A stretch of DNA of 32,000 bases, from NCBI RefSeq assembly GCF_000284455.1, contig NC_017039.1:2370001-2402000 (forward strand). The letters are read 5' to 3'. The first letter of the stretch is position 1, and the number at the start of each line of letters is the position of its first letter. Of this stretch, positions 9,580 through 18,043 are shown piece after piece. The translations under genes were made by a program, and so were the position numbers. The notes beneath the pieces are model-generated. The model was given only the letters and a program-made list of their open reading frames with translations, was not told where the DNA came from and searched no databases. The stretch comes from Synechocystis sp. PCC 6803 substr. PCC-P. Its GTDB lineage: Bacteria; Cyanobacteriota; Cyanobacteriia; Cyanobacteriales; Microcystaceae.

Positions 9580-10955
9580 GTAGATTTTGCCCTCGGTTCC
9601 GGTTATGGGGACGGCTAGTGCCGGGAGTAATCCTCGGCCTACTGCTTTTTATCGGATTGGCCCCTTGGGTGCAAGCTCAAATAAAACTTCCCCTAAATTT
9701 TTCCCCACCAATCTTGGTGAGTTCACAGCCCAGTAATGCCCTCAACGTCCAACAGGTAAACGAGCTTACCACGGACCTTGAAGGTAAATGGGCAGGAATT
9801 TACGAAAACTATTTCCAAGAAGATTTCTCTAGCCTGGGTTTAACCACCGAGGAAATTGGTAAAAAATTAGCTTCTCTACAGCAACAAACGGGGCAAAAAG
9901 CGGCCATTTTTTGGATTAATCCCGAAGCAGATGGGGTTTCCATTTGTCTGTTAACCGGCGATCGCCCAACGGTGGGGGTAAAGGTGCTGGATACGGCGGA
10001 ACAAAATTTGATGGCCACCGCGGAAATGTTTGCCCTGCAAGTGAGTGATCCCCGCAACCAAAATTATCGAGCCACCGGCAAAAAGTTATATGACTGGTTG
10101 ATTGCTCCTGTGGCGAACGAATTGAAAGCCAATGCCATTGACACCCTAATTTTTTGTGTGGGTCCTAAACTGCGCTCTCTCCCCTTTGCCGCCCTCTATG
10201 ACGGGGAGAAATTTTTAGCCGAGCAATATGCCATCACCCGTATTCCTGGTTTTAACCTGACAGAGTGGGGCCCCACCGACCTGAGTCAAGCAAGAATTCT
10301 GGCTATGGGATCTTCGGAATTCACGGATGCTGAACCGTTACCGGGGGTGGCTTTGGAGATTGCCAACATTACCCCCCAACCCTGGCCCGGGGTTGCCATG
10401 CTCAACCAACAATTCACGATACAAAATTTGCAGGCGGCCCGCCAACAACAGCCCTTTCCCTTGGTGCATCTGGCCACCCATGCGGAATTTAATGCCGGTT
10501 CCCCCGCCGACTCCTACATTCAGTTTGTTAACAGTCGCTTGAACCTCAAGGAAATTAGGAATTTACAATGGCAGAATCCTCCCGTTGATCTTTTAGTGCT
10601 CAGCGCTTGCACCACTGCCTTGGGTAATACTCAGGCGGAATTGGGGTTTGTGGGCCTGGCTCTGCAATCTGGGGTCAAATCAGCCCTGGGTAGTTTGTGG
10701 CGGGTCAGTGATCTGGGCACCATGGCTTTGATGAGTGAATTTTATTGGCAGTTAAAAGCTAAATCCTTCAAGGCCCAAGCTCTGCAACAGGCCCAAATCA
10801 GGATGATTAATGGGGAAATTAACCTCGATGCTGGAGAATTGCACACTTCCCGGGGGGCGATCGCCGTGGAGGATGAATTATTAACGTTGAGAAATCCCGA
10901 ACTTTCCCATCCCTACTATTGGGCAAGCTTTTCCCTGATTGGCAATCCTTTTTAG
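9576..10955 (+). CDS. CHAT-domain (caspase-like fold) protein with predicted N-terminal signal peptide/TM
   Basis: 459 aa; hydrophobic leader [24 protein letters not shown]; [30 protein letters not shown] (His) and [12 protein letters not shown] (Cys), [15 protein letters not shown]. Confidence 0.88.
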
Positions 10956-11068
10956 AAGTTACTTCAACTGCTCACCACCACCAGATCCTGGAAAAGATAA
11001 AGCCAAGGGCGATCGCCAAGATTTTGCTAGGATCTGCCTGTTGACCCAACTTAGATCATTAAAAACTT

Positions 11069-11464
11069 ATGTTCTTGCTACACACCATGATTCGAGTGGG
11101 AGATTTAGACAAATCCCTGCAATTTTACTGCGACATTTTGGGGATGAATTTACTCCGCAAAAAAGACTACCCCAGTGGGGAATTTACCCTCGCTTTTGTG
11201 GGTTATGGCAAAGAATCGGAGAACGCGGTGATTGAGTTAACCCATAACTGGGGCACCGATAAATACGATTTGGGTAATGGTTTTGGCCACATTGCCCTGG
11301 GGGTGGAAGACATTTATAGCACCTGCGACAAAATCAGAGATAAGGGAGGGAAAGTGGTGCGGGAACCGGGGCCGATGAAGCACGGCACCACCGTCATTGC
11401 TTTTGTGGAAGATCCCGATGGCTACAAAATTGAATTGATCCAAACTTCCTCAAAGAAAGATTAG
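11069..11464 (+). CDS. gloA: Lactoylglutathione lyase (glyoxalase I)
   Basis: 131 aa; [61 protein letters not shown]. Confidence 0.95.
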   Translation: MFLLHTMIRVGDLDKSLQFYCDILGMNLLRKKDYPSGEFTLAFVGYGKESENAVIELTHNWGTDKYDLGNGFGHIALGVEDIYSTCDKIRDKGGKVVREPGPMKHGTTVIAFVEDPDGYKIELIQTSSKKD

Positions 11465-11539
11465 GTTCACACTGCTGAGGTGCAGTCCTAACTTCTATAA
11501 CCATTGCAGTTGAGTAATCTAAGAGCGTGTTTGAAAAGC

Positions 11540-11625
11540 CCCCCTGGCCCCCCAAGTTTGGGGGGAAACTAAGTCAAAGTCCCCCAGTATTGGGGGATTT
11601 AGGGGGCAGAATCAGACTTTATAAA
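11540..11625. repeat. G/C-homopolymer inverted-repeat cluster (possible small interspersed repeat)
   Basis: CCCCCCAAGTTTGGGGGG followed by CCCCCAGTATTGGGGG and ATTTAGGGGGC within about 90 bp. Confidence 0.5.
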
Positions 11626-11776
11626 CAGGTTCTGAGTACCCGATCGCCGATTGTTTTTGTTAAGGGGACAGGTCTTGCCAGTCCCCCAAACTTACTGGAA
11701 ATTTGGCGAGTTGATGGGGGAAAGTACAAAACTTGCAATGGTTCCCTAGGTAGACAATCCTATCCCTGGGAGGGGA

Positions 11777-12556
11777 TCAAACCGATTGGGGGGTAGCCAA
11801 CAGCAGTACCCGTTCCAATAATTGGGGGGCAAACCGTTGGCACCACACAGCCAGATGACTCTGCCAACCCACCAAAATTTCACTACGGTTTTGTTTTAAA
11901 CCTTTGACTAAGGATTGGGCCACTCGACCGGCGGTCATGGCTCTGACCCAGCGGAATTTTTGTAAACCCTTGGCCATATCCGTGTCGGTCAGGGTGGGTA
12001 GCAGGGTAACCACAGCGATGTTATGGCGGGCCAGTTCTCCCCGCAGAGCTTGGCTAAAGCCGAGAATGGCAAACTTAGTGGCGGAATAGGTGGCCATGGT
12101 GGGGGCCGCCACTTTGCCCATCAAACTAGAAACGTTGACAATGGTGCCCTCTTTTTGGGAGACCATGCGTCGGGCCACGCAACGGGTGATGCAATACAGA
12201 CCCATTAGGTTAAGGGAAATTTCTTGGTAAACTTCCGGGAAGCGGCTATGGAGAAAGGGATTTTGGTGGGCAACCCCGGCACAGTTAACCAGCAAATGGA
12301 TGGGGCCATGGTCCCGCCAAGTTCTGGCGATCGCCGTGTTGACGGCCACGGGTTGGGTTAGGTCCAGGGGCAAGGCAATGGCCTGTAATCCGGGATGTCG
12401 TTGTTCTAATTCGTCAGCCAATGTTTGCAGACTGGCGTGGTTACGGGCCACAAGGATAATTTTTCCCAGACCTTGTTTGGCTAGTTCTTCGGCGATTGCC
12501 CGGCCGATGCCCCGGGAAGATCCGGTCACTAAAGCAGTTTTGTTGAGTAAATTCAT
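11777..12556 (-). CDS. Short-chain dehydrogenase/reductase
   Basis: 259 aa; TGSSRGIGRAIAEEL, NCAGVAHQNP, YSATKFAILGFSQALRGEL. Shine-Dalgarno AGGAGG just upstream of ATG. Confidence 0.93.
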   Translation of the reverse strand: MNLLNKTALVTGSSRGIGRAIAEELAKQGLGKIILVARNHASLQTLADELEQRHPGLQAIALPLDLTQPVAVNTAIARTWRDHGPIHLLVNCAGVAHQNPFLHSRFPEVYQEISLNLMGLYCITRCVARRMVSQKEGTIVNVSSLMGKVAAPTMATYSATKFAILGFSQALRGELARHNIAVVTLLPTLTDTDMAKGLQKFRWVRAMTAGRVAQSLVKGLKQNRSEILVGWQSHLAVWCQRFAPQLLERVLLLATPQSV

Positions 12557-13166
12557 TGCTTACCTCCTATGGAATATGAGGCGTGTTCTCCCTGGGAATA
12601 GATACGGAACAAATGCCGACAGGGAGAAATTTTTGGGTTAATGGGTTAAGTACGATATTGGAGAAATTGGTTCTCCGTAACCCCAAAGCGGGGCACTAAC
12701 TTTGCATTCCAGGTGCTAGCGGGGAATGGACAAGACAGTGCTATGACCTAGGCCTACCTAGAAATCACGGCCATGGTTCAACCTAAAAGCGATGGGAAAA
12801 ATTAACGAACCAAGGGGAGACAAACGGTGCTCCAGACAATGACGGGCATAATTTTTGACCTAGACCCCGAACCATTGCCTCGAATAGTTCTTCAGTCTGG
12901 GGTGTGGTGGCTTGACTGGCACTGATGCATGGGGAGCATGGTAAACGCCTCCTAAAATTGTTTCAGCGTGGTTAAATGCACTCTCTGAAGCACACGCTAA
13001 CAGATCAAACAAGAAACAGCAACAATTCTTAATATTTCGGGGCCAGTTTGGCGATCGCCCCTGGCTGGAGAGGCAGTTTTTCCTATGTCCTTTGTCGCCC
13101 TGATGTGAGAATTTGGAGTATCCCTTCTGAGATTGCCTGGGCAGTCAGTGATGGGAGGGTCAATTT

Positions 13167-13739
13167 TTGTTCAGTGCTATGCGTATTTACGGCAATCGCC
13201 TCCTGAAAACCCTACCGGGGCAACAGACTAGACCTACCACAGGGAAAGTCCGCCTGGCATTATTCAACATTTGGCGGGGAGAAATTCAGCACTGCCACTG
13301 GTTGGACCTCTGTGCGGGCAATGGCACCCTGGGGGCTGAGGCCCTGTGTCGGGACGCGGACAAAGTAGTGGCGATCGAGCAGTCTGCCAAAGTTTGCACC
13401 ATCATCAAAGAAAATTGGCAAAAACTAGCGAAGCCTGGGCAACAATGGTCAGTTTTGCGGGGAGATGTGCTGAAATTGCTCCCAAGCTTGGCAGGACAAA
13501 CCTTTGACCGCATTTACTTTGATCCCCCCTATGGCAGTGGACTATACAACCCTGTTTTAACCCTGGTGGGGGAATTGCAAATTCTCAGCCCCACTGGAGA
13601 AATGGCAGTGGAATATGACCGACACCATTGGCAGCCACCGGAGCAGATTGCTGGGTTGGAATTAATGCGTCAAAAAAAATATGGGTTGAGCAATTTAGCT
13701 TTTTATTGGCGGGAGCAAGGGGAAGCTTTGCCGATATAG
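13167..13739 (+). CDS. rsmD: 16S rRNA (guanine966-N2)-methyltransferase RsmD-like
   Basis: 190 aa; MRIYGNRLLKTLPGQQTRPTTGKVRLALFNI, DLCAGNGTLGAEALCR, FDRIYFDPPYGSG. Start could be ATG 13182. Confidence 0.92.
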   Translation: MFSAMRIYGNRLLKTLPGQQTRPTTGKVRLALFNIWRGEIQHCHWLDLCAGNGTLGAEALCRDADKVVAIEQSAKVCTIIKENWQKLAKPGQQWSVLRGDVLKLLPSLAGQTFDRIYFDPPYGSGLYNPVLTLVGELQILSPTGEMAVEYDRHHWQPPEQIAGLELMRQKKYGLSNLAFYWREQGEALPI

Positions 13740-13859
13740 TATTCTAGGTTGGCCCACCGCCGGATTGTGAAGTTTTGTTGTGAAGGGCGATCGCCGGGTG
13801 CGGCCCTGGATAGTGCCTTCTATTTTGTTGATGTTGATCTGATTTACCCCCATCTAGCC

Positions 13860-14996
13860 ATGCGTGTTGCCCTGTTTACGGAAACCTTTTTGCCCAAAAT
13901 TGATGGAATTGTCACCCGTCTGAAGCACACAGTGGAAAATCTGCAACGCCAAGGGCATCAGGTATTGGTCTTTTGTCCAGAGGGGGGGCTCAAGGAATAT
14001 AAAGGGGCAAAAATCCATGGAGTGAAGGGCATGCCTTTACCCCTTTACCCAGAACTAAAACTGGCTTTCCCGTCGCCCCAAATTAAACAGGCCCTGCTGA
14101 AATTTCAACCAGACCTAATCCATGTGGTCAATCCAGCGGTATTGGGCTTGGGAGGCATCTATTACGCTAAAAATTTGCATATTCCCCTAGTGGCTTCCTA
14201 TCACACCCATTTACCCCAATATTTGCAACATTATGGTCTAGGGGCCCTGGAAGGGGTGCTGTGGGAACTGTTAAAACTGGCCCATAACCAAGCGGAATTA
14301 AATCTTTGCACTTCCTCCGCCATGGTGCAGGAATTAGTCAACCACGGCATTGAACGGGTGGATTTATGGCAACGAGGGGTAGATACGGAACTGTTTCAGC
14401 CCCACCTGAAATCGGCCCAAATGCGGCAAAAACTGTCCCAGGGTCACCCTGACGATCCCCTATTTTTATATGTTGGTCGGGTTTCGGCGGAAAAACAAAT
14501 CGATGAAATTAAGCCAGTGCTCGAGGCCATTCCCCAGGCCCGGTTGGCGATCGTGGGGGATGGACCTAACCGAAAAAATTTAGAAGCCCATTTTGCTGGC
14601 ACTAATACCTATTTTGCCGGCTATATGCAGGGATTAGAGTTGGCGGCGGCCTTTGCTTCCGCTGATGCGTTCATTTTTCCTTCCCGTACTGAAACCCTGG
14701 GCTTAGTACTTTTGGAAGCTATGGCGGCGGGCTGTCCCGTGGTAGCGGCGGCCTCTGGGGGCATTTTAGACATTGTCACCGATGGTGAAAACGGTTACCT
14801 GTTTGATCCCGCTGTGGCAGGGGGAGTGGTGCAAGCCACCCAAAGGTTAATGTCCGCCCCTGGCGATCGAGAACTCTTGCGACAAAACGCTCGGCAAGAA
14901 GCGGAACGATGGGGTTGGCCAGCGGCCACCAGACAATTGGTGGACTACTACCAACTGGTAGCCTATGGGGAAAATGACGCTCCGTTAGCGGCTTAG
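13860..14996 (+). CDS. sqdX: Sulfoquinovosyltransferase SqdX-like glycosyltransferase (GT4)
   Basis: MRVALFTETFLPKIDGIVTRLKHTVENLQRQGHQVLVFCPEGG; YVGRVSAEKQIDEIKPVLEAIP; FPSRTETLGLVLLEAMAAGCPVVAA. The ORF track start (TTG 13749) is probably too far upstream. Confidence 0.93.
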   Translation: MRVALFTETFLPKIDGIVTRLKHTVENLQRQGHQVLVFCPEGGLKEYKGAKIHGVKGMPLPLYPELKLAFPSPQIKQALLKFQPDLIHVVNPAVLGLGGIYYAKNLHIPLVASYHTHLPQYLQHYGLGALEGVLWELLKLAHNQAELNLCTSSAMVQELVNHGIERVDLWQRGVDTELFQPHLKSAQMRQKLSQGHPDDPLFLYVGRVSAEKQIDEIKPVLEAIPQARLAIVGDGPNRKNLEAHFAGTNTYFAGYMQGLELAAAFASADAFIFPSRTETLGLVLLEAMAAGCPVVAAASGGILDIVTDGENGYLFDPAVAGGVVQATQRLMSAPGDRELLRQNARQEAERWGWPAATRQLVDYYQLVAYGENDAPLAA

Positions 14997-15251
14997 GGTA
15001 TAGCTTGCCACCCTCTGACTGTAGACAACAACTCGCTAAACCGTTACCAATCCTCGCAAACTTTCCCTCCAAACTTCGGGAAATTGGGGGGCATTTAAAC
15101 TCCGAAAAAAATTTCCCCCGGCACAACCAAGGGGAAGAATACAATTATTTTTTCAAGAATGCCGAGGGCCTTTTGGATCTTTACCCCCATTCAGAACTTG
15201 ACTGAATTTCTTCCCAGGGTTGGGAGAGTAATAATTGTGGCAAACAAAAAA

Positions 15252-16700
15252 TCAATCAAGCCATTCCGTGTGGAAAAATTCTCCCCTCGGCTTATCAGTC
15301 CGTTCATAGGTGTGGGCCCCAAAGTAATCCCGTTGCGCTTGAGTCAGGTTTTGGGGAAGCACCGCCCGCCGGTAACTGTCAAAGTAATCCAACGAGGAAC
15401 TAAAGGCCGGCACTGCAATGCCCATTTCATTGGCCAGCATCAACACTTCTCGCCATGGCCCCTGGCGATCCAAAATACTTTGCTTGAATTCCGGAGCTAG
15501 AAGTAAATTGGGCAACTGGGGATTGTCTTTAAAAGCTTTCTTGATCTTGTCTAAAAAGCCAGCTCGGATAATGCAACCCCCTTTCCAAATGCGGGCAATT
15601 TCCGGCAGGTTAACGTCGTAGCCAAATTCCTGGGAAGCTTTGGCAATTAGGGCCATGCCCTGGGCATAGGAACACATTTTCGAGCAATAGAGGGCATCCC
15701 GCACCTTAGGAATCCAGGCTTCTACGTCCCCACTAAAGGTTTTACTGGGACCCGACAGTTGACCGGAAGCGGCCACCCGTTCTTCTTTGAGGGAAGACAT
15801 TACCCTGGCGTTAACGGCGGCGTAAATAGTGGGAATGGGCACTCCTAATTCCAAACCACTCATCACCGTCCAGCGTCCTGTGCCCTTTTGGCCGGCGGCA
15901 TCAAGGATGTAGTCAATTAAATGGCCTCCGGTTTCGGGATCCTTTTTAGCAAAAATGTCGGTGCTGATTTCAATCAGGAAGGAGTTTAACTCATCGGTTT
16001 GATTCCATTGGCCAAAAACTTCGTGGAGTTGTTCGTTGCTCAAGCCGAGGCCATTTTTCAAGATGTCGTAGGCTTCAGCGATTAGTTGCATATCGCCATA
16101 CTCAATGCCGTTGTGGACCATTTTGACGTAATGTCCTGCTCCCCCTGGGCCAATAAAAGTCACACAGGCGGGATTATCGGGGTCTTCCACCTGGGCGGCA
16201 ATTTTAGTCAGAATGGGTTCCAATTCTTTGTAGGCGGCCGGGGTACCACCGGGCATCAAACTAGGACCCAGTAATGCGCCTTCTTCCCCTCCACTGACTC
16301 CCATGCCGACAAAGCCCAGGCCGGTGGCTTCCAAATCTTTGGTGCGACGTTCCGTATCTTCATAAAGGGAGTTGCCACCATCAATGATCATGTCCCCTTC
16401 TTCCAACAGGGGCTTCAACTCATTGATCACTGCATCCACGGGTCCCCCAGCTTTGACCATTACAAGGATTTTACGGGGGCGTTCCAACAGTTGGACAAAT
16501 TCTTCTACGGTGTAGGCGGCTTTGATATCTTTGCCCACAGCCCGTTCGGCCATGAATTTCTCAGTTTTGTTGGGGGAACGGTTAAACACGGCGATGGGAA
16601 AGCCTCGACTTTCCACGTTGAGGGCAAGATTTTCCCCCATTACCGCTAGTCCAATTACCCCAAAAGTTCGCTTAGTCATAATAGCTACGTTAAATTGCAC
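15252..16700 (-). CDS. gnd: 6-phosphogluconate dehydrogenase (decarboxylating)
   Basis: 482 aa; [67 protein letters not shown]. Confidence 0.97.
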   Translation of the reverse strand: MQFNVAIMTKRTFGVIGLAVMGENLALNVESRGFPIAVFNRSPNKTEKFMAERAVGKDIKAAYTVEEFVQLLERPRKILVMVKAGGPVDAVINELKPLLEEGDMIIDGGNSLYEDTERRTKDLEATGLGFVGMGVSGGEEGALLGPSLMPGGTPAAYKELEPILTKIAAQVEDPDNPACVTFIGPGGAGHYVKMVHNGIEYGDMQLIAEAYDILKNGLGLSNEQLHEVFGQWNQTDELNSFLIEISTDIFAKKDPETGGHLIDYILDAAGQKGTGRWTVMSGLELGVPIPTIYAAVNARVMSSLKEERVAASGQLSGPSKTFSGDVEAWIPKVRDALYCSKMCSYAQGMALIAKASQEFGYDVNLPEIARIWKGGCIIRAGFLDKIKKAFKDNPQLPNLLLAPEFKQSILDRQGPWREVLMLANEMGIAVPAFSSSLDYFDSYRRAVLPQNLTQAQRDYFGAHTYERTDKPRGEFFHTEWLD

Positions 16701-16889
16701 AGTCGGGCAAGGTTAATTTCCTTAAGGGTACATCGCATTTTTTGTTTGCTACCCCTGGGGCAAAATTTTTCTCCCTTTGCTTCCATTCTGACCCGGCTTA
16801 GTTTGGCGGTGGCTAGGTTCATCGGCGATCGCCTTTTGATCCGTAGATATTATTCTTAGTTAAATGGCTCTGGCTCTGGCGATCAGAGT

Positions 16890-17309
16890 TTATAAAGAAA
16901 TTTCTTCGTGGGTCAAAGCAATTCCTTCGTCTTTACAGGTTTGTTTGATAAGAATTAGCTGACTGGGCTTAATGGCTCCAAAAAGATGAATCCTCAACGA
17001 ATGATTGGTGTAATATCTGCCATAACTTTTGACTTGCCCGATCGCCGCTTTCCAGTTCTTGGCGGTCTTGACTTCAATAATTTCGGTCTTGGTCAGAATA
17101 TCTATCCTGCCAACGGGGGTTTGAACTTCGATGTCTCCCCCCAATTTTTTCGCTAACCTTTTTTGATACCAAGACTCAGGATGCTTTTGTCCACTGGGAA
17201 AACTTTCCCCCAATGTGACTTTTTTCTCCCTTTCCTGCCCATTAACTGCATCGATGAGATCCCTAACGAATCCCCTAACAAGACTCTGGAATGGATCTGG
17301 TTTGGGCAT
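16890..17309 (-). CDS. Small PD-(D/E)XK nuclease-like protein
   Basis: 139 aa; ESWYQKRLAKKLGG...TPVGRIDILTKTEIIEVKTAKNWKAAIGQVKSYGRYY fits the E - D - ExK - QxxxY pattern of PD-(D/E)XK folds. Confidence 0.75.
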   Translation of the reverse strand: MPKPDPFQSLVRGFVRDLIDAVNGQEREKKVTLGESFPSGQKHPESWYQKRLAKKLGGDIEVQTPVGRIDILTKTEIIEVKTAKNWKAAIGQVKSYGRYYTNHSLRIHLFGAIKPSQLILIKQTCKDEGIALTHEEISL

Positions 17310-17728
17310 TATTCACCGCCAAACATTTTGTACAGCCCATAGCCAGCTAATCCAACTACCGCACCAGCGGCGGCGATCGGGGCCATTCCTATTCCTATGG
17401 CCGTTCCAGTAAGAGCTAATCCCATTCCACCTAATGCCGCAGATGTCCCTGCTCCAACTACCGCACCAGTAGCAATTGCCCCAACTGCCATTGGATCTTG
17501 ACCTTCGATTGCTTTTTTTGCTCCAAAGGCGGCAGACCCAACCACCGCACCAGCGGCCGCAACTGGGGCCATCCCTATGCCAATCCCGGCCCCGGCAACG
17601 GTTAATCCCATCCCTCCAATAGTTGCGGAAAGTCCAGCCCCAGCTACAGTCCCGACTGCAATTGCACCAGCCGCAATATCGGTATCGTCAATTTGACTGT
17701 TTTCTTGATTCTCGTTTTTGTTATCCAT
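17309..17728 (-). CDS. Glycine/alanine-rich putative membrane protein with internal 50-aa duplication
   Basis: From ATG at 17726-17728: MDNKNENQENSQIDDTD... followed by two repeats GAIAVGTVAGAG...GIGIGMAPVAAAGAVVG. The ORF track extends to 17818. Stop TAA overlaps the next ATG (TAATG). Confidence 0.75.
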   Translation of the reverse strand: MDNKNENQENSQIDDTDIAAGAIAVGTVAGAGLSATIGGMGLTVAGAGIGIGMAPVAAAGAVVGSAAFGAKKAIEGQDPMAVGAIATGAVVGAGTSAALGGMGLALTGTAIGIGMAPIAAAGAVVGLAGYGLYKMFGGE

Positions 17729-17781
17729 GGTGGAGAGTCTGTTGGGATATGTGTTTGTGATGGAAACTTGAAGATTAAACG

Positions 17782-17789
17782 GCGATCGC
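17782..17789. repeat. HIP1 palindrome GCGATCGC (one representative of many)
   Basis: Exact 8-mer. Other intergenic copies include 11009-11016, 13051-13058 and 17953-17960, with many more inside coding regions. Confidence 0.95.
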
Positions 17790-18043
17790 CTATTGGACTG
17801 TGAACTTTCTGAGGGCAACTAAATTTGAAACTTAGAAAGGTTAATACTGGTTTTTAGAAAGATTGTCGAGCAATTGTCCTATTTCACTTTTGATAATTCA
17901 GTATATTTTGCTACAATTTTATGTTTCTTTACCTTTTGTCCCCTACCAAATGGCGATCGCCTCGATGATTGTGGCTTGATCAACTTCGAGGTCATTAGAT
18001 GTGGGTATAGTTATTGAGTTTGGTTTAGGGGAGGTTCACCCCA

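Noticed and set aside
11527-11796. 89-aa ORF starting MFEKPPWPPKFGGK
   Set aside because: Composed of translated homopolymer inverted repeats and running into the end of the SDR gene; more likely repeat DNA than protein.
13749-13859. N-terminal extension of the SqdX ORF from TTG 13749
   Set aside because: The extension MAHRRIVKFCCEGRSPGAALDS... has no family resemblance; MRVALFTETFLPKIDG at 13860 is the canonical start.
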